A DNA stretch of 64,000 nucleotides from the human T2T-CHM13v2.0 reference genome, Homo sapiens: the NCBI RefSeq assembly GCF_009914755.1, contig NC_060925.1; one strand, written 5' to 3'. Under the pieces are notes generated by a model. That model ran no database searches. It saw only the letters and a program-made list of their open reading frames with translations, and had not been told where the DNA came from. Of this stretch, positions 41,520 through 56,250 are shown piece after piece; the stretch's first letter is position 1, and every line of letters begins with the position of its first letter. Both the position numbers and the translations under genes were made by a program.

Positions 41520-44500
41520 TGAGAGACGAGCACACGGGCCGACTGGAGGTAGCTTAGATCCAGAATCAAGGAATGTTAAGAGAAGGATTCATTCATTCAG
41601 CAAACACTTGTTGAGGACTTCTGTGGCAGACACAACCCTGCCCCCAATACAACTCAAAGGGTGTTAACTTATTTGTCTGTCTAATCACTAAGACCCTCTC
41701 TCCAAATAAAATCTTACAAGGAAATTCAGTAGATGAAACTTAGACAAAGGATAAGCTGATGGGGTCACAAGAGTCAGAACCCCACCTTCTGGGCCCTCCA
41801 TCCCCCAGCTGGTCTCCAACGGTCTCCAAAGAGCCCCCAAAGCCCTGCCAGGCTCGGTGTGAAACCACCGCCAGAGCTCATCTAGTCTAACTCCTCACGT
41901 GACAGCTGGGGAAACTGAGGCCCAGCCAGGGAATGGTAAAACACAGGCTTCCTCACTCCGTTTCACATTCCTGCCACCCTGACACGACATGTGTCACACT
42001 TGGAGTCGCAAAAGAGAGGGAAGTTCCAGCAATGAGCGATCAGTCACAAAAGCTCATTTTTTCTGACAATGAAGTTTGGGGTGTTTCTTTAAAATAAAAT
42101 ACAAAGATCACAGGGTCATTGTTTAAAGTTTTTATTGCACCAACAACCTACAGAATGAGAGTCTCATGGGCTCTTCAGGAAAATGTAAAAAACCATGAGG
42201 AGAGCTGGGAGGGGCTTAGGAGCCAAGCCTCAACAGGGCATGGGAGGGGGTAAGGCCACCAAGGTGCCTGACCCTGCCCCCTGCCTGTGCGCCCCCCATC
42301 CCCATCATTCCACGTCAGCAGTGCGTGAGGACCAATGGCATGGGGCCGGGCAGGGGACTCTGGGCTTGGAGCTCTGAGGGAGAAATTCTGTCTACAACTC
42401 CCAGCCCAGACTTAGCTGGTGGGAGGTGCTGGGGCTCTGGGCGTCCTGGAAAATTCTCACTGCCTCTCAAGCCCGGACAGGGAGGAGAGAACAGCAGACA
42501 GACCTGGCACAATCAGACTTTTACAACCACAGGAGTGTGTCCTGGGGGGCAGGTAAGGGAAGGTATGACTTTAGCCCCAATGGGCAGATGGTGAAACTGA
42601 GGCTCAAGAGGTTTGGAAACATGGCCGGGCTCCAAAGCCCAGGCTCTGAAAACATCACATGGCCTATCAGGTTTCTCCTGCCCAGGGGTCCGAAGAAGCT
42701 AGAAGTCCCCCTAACTAAGCAGCCCCTGACTTCAGCAGAGCAATGAACTGAGCCAAACTGTGGCCACTAAAGGGGGCTAAGGAGGAGCTGACCCCACCCC
42801 AGTTCAGAAGGGGCAGCCACTGCCCTCTGATTCCAAATTCAATAGCCACCCCCAGTCATTACTGAGAGCCTGCCATAGAAGGTGGCTTGTGACTGCCACA
42901 TCTATACCACGAAGGAGGGCTCTGAGGCCAGAAAAGTTCACAGATGAGCCCAAAACCACACAGCCAATAGGAGGCAGCAGTTCGGATGCCAGAGGCCGGC
43001 TCGCCACTGTTGGGTGGCACTGCCTCCCTGAGCAGGCCCGGGGCCAGGAAAGCCCAGCAAACCTCTTCTAGTCCCTACACCTCAGCCTAGCCACAGAAAC
43101 AGAGTGGGCGTAGATTAGAGTCCAAAGCTCTCACACACTGAGGACCCCTTCGGGAATCTGATGAAAGAGACAATTCTCTTTCCCAGAAGCAGAACATTGC
43201 ATAAACAATTTCCAGGGGATCGCTGAACCCCAAAGAGCCCTCACATGAAAAAGTCAGGGCTGGATCCTCAAGTGGCATTACAGCATCCCCCACCAGTGTT
43301 CCGTGACAACAGAAGAGCTCTTTACTCCTTAAGCTAAGAGGTGCCAGGACCGACTGAGGAGGCCCCCAGATCTGGGCAGACCTGTGATGGCTTCATTATG
43401 ATCAGAGGGATGCGGCCCCTCACTGCTGAGCCCAGGATCCCACCGAGAAGCCTGGCTGTGCAGGTCTCTGGACCCCAGTTCCCAAGCACTGCATTCAAGC
43501 ACTTTCCCACTCGATGGATGTGAGGTATTTAACGTCCATGATAGCCCTGTGAAGTGGGCAGGACGCAGCAGGGATACTTTCCTACTGTGTGGTGGGAAAA
43601 GTGAGTCCCACATAAGGAAGATGAGCTGCTCAACTGGAGACAGAGCCACCAGCACTGAGACCAGGCCTCCCAAGAACCAGTGCAGCACCCTGCTCACTGA
43701 ATCCCATGAAAAGCCAGTTAAACGAGGGTAGACCCAGAGACCTGAGTTCAATCCCAGCTCCACCCCCTCCAACCTGTGTGGTCTTGAGGCAGTTACTCCA
43801 CTCTCTGAGCCAGAATCCCTCTGTGCCATAAAATGAGTGGGACAAGATCAGCCTCAAAGGGAGATTGTGGGGCTCAAATGAGTTGCAGACTGAGTCATTA
43901 CGGTGAGAGCAAGGGACAGCTCCAGCAGTGAGTCCCACGGCCCAGAGCCTCCTACGGCCTTCAGGAGAGGAGAAGAGGGTCTCTTCTTCCTAGGAAGCGA
44001 CTTCCTACGTAATAGGGAGAATAGAAGACTACAGAGCCACCGGTGCATGGTCACAGAGGCCCTCCCCATCCAGCCCTGCCAGGTCCTGGGCTGGACATGG
44101 CAGAGGACAATCTGATCGGGAAGGCAGGTGCTAGGGACAGGTGAAAACGAGACTTGCAGAAATTGGCAGAAACAGAATCCAAGAGACTAAAAACAATCTC
44201 AAAGAAGGAGACAGATCCCCACACAGGGGAAGAAACCCTTCCACAGGCTCCAAGGCAGGAGACAAACTGGGCAGACAAGAAGCAGAACTTCCAATTAAAG
44301 TAGGGGACAGAGGAAGAGAGGAAGCAGAAGACGGGGAAGTGAGAAGGCAGAGAGAGAAGCCGGAAGCACAGGAGAAAGCACGAGGCAGTGAAGAGAGCTG
44401 GCCAGGCTGGAGAAGCAGAATTTCTCCACGGAGGAAAATCTTCTGGGGAGAAAAATCAAAATCTGTGCCATACAATTTTTTTTCAAGCATCCTTTCCCAG

Positions 44501-44914
44501 TGTGAAGTCATTTGCATATTTTAAGAACATGCAATGCATTATGCATATCTCGTTTTTGTTTAAAGAAATTATGGTTAGTATATTTAAAGATGTGAATGCC
44601 TGGGAAATTACAGGGGAGAAATGTGGGATTTTTGGTCCCCCCTGAATTTTCTGGGTTTCTCAAAACTTTCACATCTGCAGCCAGCTCCCTAGTGAGTTGG
44701 GCCGACAAAGGAGGAAATTGAAGAGACTGCTTCGCCCTTTCCGGGCTGTTCCCAGCTGGCCCTGGGATCAGGAGGCCAGCGTCCTCCTCAGAGTCTGCTC
44801 TCTGACTTCCAAGGCCTGTTCCCCATCCCTTGGGGAAGGGAAAATTGCACAGGCCTTTGGAAGCACAACCTGTTTGTCCTCCAAGTCCTCCAGCCCTCCT
44901 CGACCATAGAGACA

Positions 44915-44948
44915 TAGCGCCACCTGGAGGGCATTGTGGAGACTGCAG
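44915..44948 (-). promoter_or_regulatory. CTCF site (core plus upstream motif)
   Basis: Minus strand CTGCAGTCTCC-acaa-TGCCCTCCAGGTGGCGCTA. Confidence 0.7.
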
Positions 44949-46591
44949 CATTAGGAGGGGCTGGGGAAGGAAGGAAATGAGGAAATGAAGATGAGCGATT
45001 TGTTGCAAGCACGCGTGGAGCACAGCCCAGTAACTAGGAATGCAGGAAGCACCTTTAATAGCTAGGGAAGACGGTGAGGGGATGGAGCCTGCAATTATGG
45101 TCATCTGGACATTAACATTAGTACGACCTCGTTTGTACCCCCCTCCCAGGCCTAGGGAGCATTCGGGTTACAGATGCAAGGTGCCTGGCCCACTCAGCGC
45201 TTAATAAATGTTTGTTGAGTTCGGCTGTGGCCCCCCAGAGTCATGGCCCAATGGCAGCAGCAGCAGCACGTGGCCACAAAATGTTGATGTGACGTCCCTA
45301 ATGAGGAGCAATGGCTCCAGCAGGGACTAAGGGTTAAGAGCAGGAGATGAGGGGCTTCACCCAGACTGGCTCAGCGCCCCCTGCCCCACACCAGTGGCAC
45401 TGGCTCAGCCTCACGTGCTCCAGTCTCAGGGAAGGGAAATGCCAAGTCCCTCGCTGGCATCTGGAAAACAATAAGGCAGCTGCAGGGGAAGTGACTAATG
45501 AGCACTTCAGGGAGCAATTCAGGACAGCACACATGGAAACTGATCTCATTCAAAATTGATCAGTTAACACTATCTAATTAGAGAGAAAATGTGCTGAGCA
45601 CCCGGCTTTCTGGGAGCACGGTCTGGAGGCTGTGGCACCCAGCTAGCCTGCAGAGGAGCCACATCTCATCTCTCAGACCAGCTCCAGGACTGTCCTCCCT
45701 AGTCCCTCACCCATGCTGCCTCTCATAGACATGCAAAATAGAGCTGAACAGAGGAGAGCTTCTAATCCAGCTTGCTCCTTTCATAGACAGAACTAAGGCC
45801 CAGAGAGGTTAAATCACTTGATCAAGATCACACAGCAATGGAGCAGGACCAGAGAGAAAGCCAGTCACTGGGCTCCCAGTCAAGACCATTTATCACCATC
45901 CGGTGACACTGCCCTGACTTTCCTGTGTGGAGTCCTCAAAGCTCTGGACAGGTCACTGGACATGGCGTTCCTCCTGTACAGTTCATCCATCATAGCTCCC
46001 AGGTCCTAAAAGGGGGGCTGCCCTCACTCCTTACAATCACCACTTTCATCTGTGGTCCAAAAACCAGCTCCTCTAGGCAGTCTTCCAGGATTGTTTCGCC
46101 CACACCTACTATTTCATTCATGGGTTGACTCATTCATTCCATGTACATTCTGTAGTTAAGAGCTTGGGCTCTGGAGTCAGACTGCCTGGGTTTAAGTCCC
46201 ATCCCTCTTGTGCACTTGGGCAAGACACTTGACCTCTCTGGGCCTCTGTTTCCTTTTATTTAAGAATAATACAAACACATTCCTCCGTACCTCGCAAGTG
46301 AGGACCGGAAGGGTTCATTATGTACTGCACTTCTCAGGGTACCTAGCAAATAGTGAGCCCTGATGTGAGTTCTAATTAGTCTGCACTGACAACCCAGAAT
46401 TTGTGCTGGAGAAGGAAAAGTTATGAGACAGTCCCCGCCCAAGACATTGACAATATGGCTAAGAGCAGGAATCGAGATTTGAGACTCTTATTATGGAATC
46501 TCAGAGGAGGGATACCTAACCCAGCCTAGGTGGGGAGGGACAGGGAAGATTTTCCCTGGAGGACACACCTAAAGCTGAGTGTTAAAGGTGA

Positions 46592-47041
<450 letters not shown>

Positions 47042-47370
47042 TGAGACTGAAAGGGATGCAGGAAACTGTGGGGAGGTGGCCAGGGTCAGGGTCATGCAGG
47101 GCTTCTCATGCCATGGAAGAGCCAGGACACGATGTTGCAGATGGCAGAGAACCTGGAGGTGAACTTGAAGCAGAGGCGGGACATGGCGAGGTTGGTGGTT
47201 TAAACAGATCATTCTCGACTCTGTGGGGTATGTTTTCTCTGCTTCCCTTCAGCAATGATACCACCCTTGGTTGGTTGATCGCTAATGGTCATGGAATGTG
47301 CTCTAACCAGGCCTGTCACAAAGCCTCCTTTCAAGTCCTATATTCTGTGAACCACGAATGTTCCCGACAA

Positions 47371-47469
47371 CTGAGTCACCATACCTGTTGATATGGTTTG
47401 GATCTGAGTCACCATACCTGTTGATATGGTTTGGATCTGAGTCACCATACATGTTGATATGGTTTGGAT
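47371..47469. repeat. 33-bp x3 tandem repeat CTGAGTCACCATACCTGTTGATATGGTTTGGAT
   Basis: Copies 47371-47403, 47404-47436, 47437-47469 (one mismatch in copy 3). Confidence 0.95.
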
Positions 47470-47848
47470 CTCATGTCGAATTGTAATCGTCAGTGTCAGA
47501 GGTGGGGCCTGGTAGTAGGTGATGGGATCGTGGGGGCAAAGTTCTCATGAATGGGTTAACACCACCCTCTCAGCGCTGTTCTCATGATAGTGAGTGAGTG
47601 ATGTGAGAGCTGGTTGTTTAAGCGTGTAGCATCTCCCTCCACTTCCTCCTGCTCCGGCCATATGAAGTGCTTCTCCCCCTTGCCTTCTGCCACGACTGAA
47701 ACCTCCCTGAGGCCTCCCCAGAAGCGGAGCAGCAGCTGCTATGCTTCCTGTACAGCCTGCAGAACCGTGAACCAATTAAACCTCTTTTCTTTATGAACTA
47801 CCCAGTCTCAGGTATTTCTTTCTAGCAGAGTGAGAAGGGACTAATACA
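47389..47848 (+). mobile_element. MSTA/MSTB-type solo LTR
   Basis: TGATATGGTTTGGATC...ctcatgtcgaattgtaatc...ggactaataca; 5-bp TSD CCTGT at 47384-47388 and 47849-47853. Confidence 0.9.
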
Positions 47849-48004
47849 CCTGTCAAACAGGGTTTACTCCTGTTCAAACAACTCAGATCCTTTGAAACAA
47901 CTCTGAGCCCTTTGCAGGCACAGACTGTCTTATTCATCTTGTATTTCCAGGCACAAAATACACATTCAGCAAATGTTTGTTGGGTGAATAAATGCCCATC
48001 CATG

Positions 48005-48423
<419 letters not shown>

Positions 48424-50394
48424 TTATTGTTTGCTTTTTAATTTTCCCACAGGTTGTTGCTTTTTAGATTTTCCATTAGAATTCTGAATGAAATTGGATT
48501 CCAAAGACTGCCTTCCAGCCCCCATCCACTAGATCAGCTGGGGATGTGATTGGTTCTTCCCGAGGTGCTGCTCGGCTTGTAAAATGCTGTGTATTTATGG
48601 TAATACTAAGTTGTCTCATGGACAACTTCCCTTTTTAGCCTCCCAGGCCTCGTGATAAAAAGCAAAGATTGCAGGTTTTATAGTCAGATCGCGGTAGCCT
48701 TGAACAAGTCACATAACCTGTAAAAGGGTGATGTGGCATCCCTTGCTGGTTTGCTATATTAGAAACAATACCTGTGAAGAGCCTGACATTGCTGGGCTTG
48801 TGAGGACGTGTGGATGTAGGCAAGATGTAACCCCACTGGGCCCCACTAATTGGAGGCAACAATATCCACTGCATAGGGCCACACTAATGCAAATGAAGTG
48901 CCTGGCACGGACAGTCAGAACACCAGCAGCAATTATTCAAGATGATTCCTGCCCAACGCTGGCTGCCTGGGAGTAAAGTGACTGAGCACAGGGGTGATTT
49001 AGGGGAGACTCAAAATTCATCATCATCCCATGGTCAGTTCAGAACTGACTTCCTGCTTCCCCTTTTCTCTGTCATCCCTCCTGCCAGCCTTGGTTCCACA
49101 CATCCATTTAGGACCCATGCAAACCTCCTGGAGATTAGGCTCCTAAAATAGGTGGGAACGGCCAGTGACAGCTGAAGTAGAATATGGGACAGTCTCAGTC
49201 CCCGGCAGGATAGGACCAAGCAGGGCCCTCGCACCCAGGGGGTCCAGGCACATGCCAGCTTCCTGAGGCAGGGGCCGTGTGCCGGTCCTGGGTCTCCCAC
49301 GACAGGGAGCTCAGCTGGGAAGCTCAGTGGGGAAGAACACTCGGTATGAATTGGAATTCCAATTCCAATTCATGAATTGGAATGTCCAAGATTGAGGTGG
49401 GCTAGGGAAAGCAGCCTACCTGCTCCTTTTTAATCTCTTTGATCAGATTTCCCCACAAAAGATATGCCAAGGGCTGAACTCAGATAGCTTACCATGCAAA
49501 TCCCCCTAGGCCACTTCATTCACCTTCTGTTACAAGCTAAGCGCCAGAAGGACGATGAAAAGGGGACAGAGGCTTTCAAGGTGCGCAAAGAGGCCATTCC
49601 CATCAGGGGCCTGTCACCTTGCCCCACCCTCCAGCACCTTGTGTAAAACCAACGTCTTCGTACTTCACTGGACGGACTCAATATTGGCAAGTGGATTCTT
49701 ACCCCAACTTTTGCCTGTTCCTCTAGTGTGGCCACCAGTTCTCCTCTATGGACTTGGGGAACACATCTCTTGTGAGTGTTCCTGTTAGCACTGAGGAATT
49801 CACTGGCCCCACACTGGTGAGCAGGATGAGGACTTTAGAAATAGCTTGGGGTTTAAATTCAGTCAGACCCGGGACTTGCTGTATCTGTGCCCTCAGCCCA
49901 GTGAATGTACCCTCTGGGCCTACTTCCTCACCTGTACAGCACAGACACCGGGACTCGGCCTGCAGGGGTTTTGTGAGGATGAACTCACTCTGAAATGAGT
50001 TTGAAACAGCACACGGCACAGTACCTCATACACAGTATTGCTAAATGCTCATTTCCTCTCTGCTGTCCCCCAGCACCCCATCCCCATCCCATTCTCCCAG
50101 CAGGTGAAATCTCACTGCCCTGATTTGTAGGCTGTCGGGACAGACTTCAAAGATGGTCAGCAAGGCCAGATATGACCCACGGGTGGGCTGTCCAGATTCC
50201 TCCCCAGGGGGCAGGCATCCCGGCCGGCCTCTGCATCACCCCATCTGGGGGAGCCCCAAACCACTATAGCCGAGGAAAAGAACACAGAGGCCTCAAACTC
50301 CCCCACCTTTCACTCCATTGTGGCAGGGATTCAATCCCATCCTGGGGACACTTAGGCTTAGCCATTTAACTCCTGTTAACAAAGCAACAGGCTA

Positions 50395-51638
50395 GCACTT
50401 GGTTGCAACATGTTTAATTTCTGCTGTTCACACTGGACACTGCATCATACTAGTGTCGGCCCCTGAGGGCACCCCTTCCTCGCCTGCACAAAGGAGGACG
50501 AGAGATGAACATTCAGAGGCAGAAAAGGGCAATAAAAAAAGAGCTGTGTATGTGACCTCCAACTACTCAGAGGTGGGGGAAAACAGCCCCATCTGTCTTG
50601 CACTAAAAGGCTCACCAAGGGCAGGTGAGGGGCAAATGGTAATACTGGGAGGGGGTAACACAAGGAGAAGCGACATGAGTACACCAAGATGTCAAAGCTG
50701 CGACGGGCTGGATGAGGGAGCCCCAAGAGGGCATATGCTCAGGGTGCCAGCCGGCTGCTTTTCCTTGTGACAGCCTTGCAAGGAAGCTGTGAGGCCAGGA
50801 CACTAGGCCAGTGGCATCCACACTGCGTCCTTCAGGAGGCGAGGCCTCTGCGCCTCATTCTCCAGGAGGGAAAACCAGGGACCACCCCGAGCTCTCCCAA
50901 GTGGCAGGAGTTCAAATCAGGGCCAGTGGCGAAACCAGGAGGCCTGCCTGACCAACTGCCCTTCACATGATCTCTCTTCAATCTGTTGCCCGGGGCCCCG
51001 ACCATCTGGGCAGAAGCGGATGTGCTGACTTCACTTTCTTTTGTCCTCTACACACACGTGCAGGCGTTAAGGAGGCAAGCAGGTGAGGGGAAAGGAACAC
51101 AAGTTGACCTGCCCAGCCTGACAATTCTGAAGAAAGACTGTTAACCGGGGCATGAGGAAAAAGAAGAAAAGCTGCGGCAGAGTCTCTTCGGAGGCAGCAC
51201 CCAAGGCATCCGTTGTACTCGGGGCCCAGCCTTTCCTCCCCTGAGTCCTCCACCAAGTCCACAGCAAGCAACGATTCACCAGAAAAAAACAGAAGACACA
51301 GGAACAGAAGAGCTGCTGATCACTGGCTTTGGTGCTTAAGTGATGAGGCATTTTCAGTCACACTCACACTGATCTGGCTCCTGGGAGGAGACGCCACGGC
51401 ATCCTCCCAGGGTGAGGCTCTGATGAGGCTGCACATGGACAGGGTCCCCTCTCAGGTGGGAAAGGCAGCATCCTGCCATTGGAGGCGTGGGTCTGGAGAG
51501 TTTCTACCCAATTCCTCCCTCAATCATACCTGGAGGTGACAGCTACCCCCACCACTGCTCCTCCAAAGGCCTCGAGATAAAAATCCCTGAAAAGGGGGCA
51601 GGGGTGCTTCCAGGTCAAGCTGTGCGGCTTCCAAACTA
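50395..51638 (-). other. MUL1: MUL1 3' UTR
   Basis: Between TAA and ATTAAA; 3' end inferred. Confidence 0.65.
50413..50418 (-). terminator. MUL1: MUL1 poly(A) signal ATTAAA
   Basis: tttaat on +, ~1.2 kb past stop; GU-rich CCTGTTGCTTTGTT downstream. Confidence 0.65.
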
Positions 51639-52368
51639 TTAGCTGTTGTACAGGGGTATCACCCGGGTGATTGCCTGTCTGCAGATAGGGCACTTCTTGG
51701 GCTCTGGCAAGGCGCGGTAGCACTCGGTGCAGGAACAAACGTGCCCACACTCCAGAAAGACGCAGGACTTGAAGCTGCTCAGACACACTACACAGGCGCT
51801 CTTCAGACTCTCCCTGTCCTCAGGCTTGGCTCGGCTCAGCAGCTGGGCCTCATGCTCCTGGAACTCCTCCTGCATCTGCTTGAGGCGCAGGCGCTCCTGC
51901 CGCTGCAGATACTGCTTCCGGAGAATGAAGAAGAGGGTGGCACATGTGGCAAAGCCAAAAACCAGCGCCAGCACCTTCCAGAGCCTGACGCTCGACTCCT
52001 GCCTCTGCAGCAGGCTGTCGAAGTCCTGGCTGCTTAGATAGTACTGCATGCCTTGTTTGGGCGGCTGCAGGCGGACAGAGTTGTTGTCCAGGACCAGTTC
52101 GCCAACCCCTGTGAGGGTGGCCCCCACCTTCAGCATCTCCTCGGTCTCTTGGATGCCTTTGGGCCGCTCACCGCTGATGTAGTGGCCGATGACATCGGTG
52201 AAGGACTGAATCGAGGGGTGGAACTTCTCATACACAGTCTCTAGACCCAGATCCACTGAGTCCAGGGGCTTCAGCACTCGCACAGCCACATCCACGCCAT
52301 CCTCGTGGGGCACCAGGTCAAAGGGCACTGTGTTGGTCCTCTGATGAATGATCTTTGAGCAATCATTC
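51639..52368 (-). CDS. MUL1: MUL1 coding exon 4: rest of intermembrane/GIDE region, TM2 (VLALVFGFATCATLFFIL), C-terminal RING finger
   Basis: Acceptor ttcttctag at 52369; RING CVVC...CGHVCSCTEC...CPIC; TAA 51641-51639. Confidence 0.97.
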
Positions 52369-52697
52369 CTAGAAGAATAAGAGAACTAAAGATACAGGGT
52401 AGCAAACAGCAAACACCCAGGCAGAACTGGAGATCAACTAAATGTGGAGGACAGCATATGGTCTGAAGTAACTGGAAGAAGACAGTAAGATCACTATCTC
52501 CAGTTGCCTCCTAACAAGGAGGCTCCATTTGTAGGTCCTGGGGCGATATCAGTGGGCAACAAATAACCGCCACAGACTATCATTTCCCTTTCCACTGTAA
52601 AACAAACATCTAAAACAAAACTCACTAGGACCAGTTGGAAAACTGATATTTCATATGATGGCACAAAAGCATTTTAGGAAATACTGAAATCACTGAT

Positions 52698-52885
52698 TCA
52701 GTGGTTCTCAAACTTCAGTGTGCCTAACAACAGATTCCAGGTCCCTGATCCTGGAAATTCTGGTTGGATAAGTCACCAGGGACTGACTTATCCACTTCAG
52801 GGACTGAAGGGAGCTCAGAAATCTGCATTTCAACAAGATGCCTCGGTGATTCCGACATAGGAGGCCCACAGGCTACACACAAGAA
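52698..52885. mobile_element. MER5-type hAT relic in MUL1 intron 3
   Basis: cagtggttctcaaactt...aatctgcatttcaacaag...ggtgattc. Confidence 0.6.
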
Positions 52886-53017
52886 TATGACCTGCATTAA
52901 GAGACTGGGCTTCAACCTGTCTCAGGAGAAGCTGAAGTCACGGCAACAGCACCCAGGACCCCAGCATTTGAATAGACCAACTGCAAGGGTTTTGGCCAGT
53001 GGAGAAGTGATACATAC

Positions 53018-53138
53018 CAAAGGTGGGTGGTTCGATTCCACACCATCTTGTGCTCCTGAAGTGTCAGCCGCTGAATTACCCCCTTGCAGTTTTCCACAAA
53101 CTGGCTGTTAAGCGTTTCTTTAACAGACCGCACAGCTC
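53018..53138 (-). CDS. MUL1: MUL1 coding exon 3 (GAVRSVKETLNSQFVENCKGVIQRLTLQEHKMVWNRTTHLW)
   Basis: 121 nt; acceptor cacttag, donor GTATGT; phases 1 and 2 match neighbours. Confidence 0.96.
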
Positions 53139-53215
53139 CTAAGTGGACACAAATTCTATTATTTCTGAAGAAGTTTTCTGCCCTCTCCTTTCAGATAATT
53201 TAAAATGTGTTTTCT

Positions 53216-53807
<592 letters not shown>

Positions 53808-54170
53808 TAAAAAATGTTAAAAATTAAGTGTTTTCAGTTGACTTTTGCTAATTCATCAAAACAATGACATTCTGATCACCATAAGTCACATTTTAGAAGC
53901 ACTCTCCTAAGCACTTTGCATGGATCACATAATTTGTCTTATAACAACCCCATAAAGGTAAGTATTATTTTCGAGATCAGGCAACAGTGGTTCAGGGAGG
54001 TTTGGTAATCTTAGCGATCACAAAGCAATAACCCATGTCTTTCTGACCCCAAAGTATGTTCTGGACCATGGACCCAACACCACAAAAGGCTCTTCATATT
54101 AGCCAAGATGATCTTTATCAATCTTTTGGGAAAAAGACGTTGTTTTCCATTGACCAATAAGCAAACATAC

Positions 54171-54258
54171 CTTCTATAACAGCATAAGGCACGCATTTTC
54201 CTGGAGCTTCTGAAAGAATACTCTTTAAATCTTCACCCAAATGAACTTTTTTAGCTCC
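54171..54258 (-). CDS. MUL1: MUL1 coding exon 2 (GAKKVHLGEDLKSILSEAPGKCVPYAVIE)
   Basis: 88 nt; acceptor poly(T)-atttag, donor GTATGT; not in ORF track, read by hand. Confidence 0.96.
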
Positions 54259-54799
54259 CTAAATAAAAAAAAAAATTAAATTAATTGGCCATTGAACACT
54301 GACATGCTCAATCAAACTTACAGGCAAAAAAAAGAAAAAGATTCTATTTTTTTCGTGTCAAGAGAATATGGAAATTGGACAGGAAGGTGACTACTGAGAA
54401 TCAGATTTCAAAGCTGTGTACATCAACAGGAATGGAGCCATGCCTCTGCCTCTTCCATCACTGCAGAATGGGGGTGCCACATACATTCTTGTTCCAGTTA
54501 ACCAAAACCTATACTCCTTTTCATGTTAACACTTTTTAGTGAAAATATAAAAGGTACTAGTCAATTTACATACCACAGACTGAACATCATTCAATCTCTT
54601 CCTGACAACACAGAGCTATGATCCAAAGGGTTCAGGTATAAAGTACCTAACCTATCACCTAGCACATGGCAGTGGTTTGAGAACTGGTAGGTGTTATTAT
54701 TAATATTACCACATCTTTACGAACCAATGCTCTGCATTGTATGTTATTAAAAAAACAAAGCAGGGGGAGTTGCCTTTGCTTCAACAGGAAGACTGTTAA

Positions 54800-55117
<318 letters not shown>

Positions 55118-56250
55118 TGTTCTACTTTTTGCCTTTTTCATGCTCATAATTAAGTGAGCACGGTTCTTTCTGCTGCTGTCTTCCTCTAACAATCCCTAGT
55201 TCTCCTCTGCCTTCCAACTCAGAGCGTCCAACCCACTGCACTTGGGAAACCAATCCTGTTACTGCTGTTTCAAAAATAAGAGAAAAGGAATAAAATCAAC
55301 AATCATTTCCTGAGCATCTTTGTGCCAGGCACTGTGCTGGGTGTCAGAGATTCAGGACGAATAAAGGACCATCTCTGCTTTCAGGGTATTCCCAAAAACA
55401 ACTCTTAAGGATGCCAGATTCAGTAACCTCTAAAGAGGTGATGTGATACAAGATGTATATGAAGGTCACTCTGAGTTTAAGCTACTGCTACACAGTAAGT
55501 GACAGGAGCAAGGTCAATCAAAATTTCTTAGCCACTTACACTGTGAAGATACCAAAATGACAGCAATAACAACTAACAATTTACTCATTATCTGTCTCCC
55601 TCCACTAGAATGTTAAACTCTAGGAGGGCTTGGACACTGTTTGTCCTGTTCACTGCTATCCCCCTAGTGCGGAGAACTGTGCCTGACACACAGCAAGCAT
55701 TTAATACATTATTTGATTAATAAATTAATGAATAAGTAAGCATTTAAATATACTATGTACCAGGCAATATGCTAGGCACTTTAAATGCATAAACCACTTA
55801 ATGCCCACACCATCCCTTTACGGTAGACATTATTATCACCAATTACAGACAAGGAAACAGGCTCAGAGAGGTGAAGTGATTTGCCCAAAGTGAGACAGCT
55901 AGTAAAGTATCCACCACAGGATGGCCAATTCGAATTTTAAAGGGGGAAGAGGGAGAATATGATCAGAAAGATCTGGAGTTTAATCTAGCGCCAATGCATC
56001 CACTGTGACTTGGGACAACTTCATTTATCTGAGTCTCAGGTTCCAAAACCATAAAGGACAGGGAAAATGCAATTTCACAGGATTTTTATGTGGGTTAAAT
56101 GAACTTCAAGGTGTGAAAGAATCCAGCCCGGGGGCTGGCACATAGGAGGCACGCAATAAATTTGCATTCTCCTCACTATGAGAGATACACAGGATAGGAC
56201 ACAAGCCCCTCTCTGGAAGTTTTGTCATCTGATCAAGAAAATAGAATCTA

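Noticed and set aside
42761-42780. CTCF-like TGGCCACTAAAGGGGGCTAA
   Set aside because: Mismatch at the near-invariant AG of the core
47371-47469. 33-bp repeats as a CRISPR array
   Set aside because: No spacers; human DNA; plain tandem duplication
48610-48626. GTTGTC-N5-GACAAC as an RFX site
   Set aside because: Spacing and right half deviate from the X-box; 6-bp arms arise by chance
51727-52244. Plus-strand ORFs over MUL1 exon 4
   Set aside because: Antisense shadow of a GC3-rich coding exon
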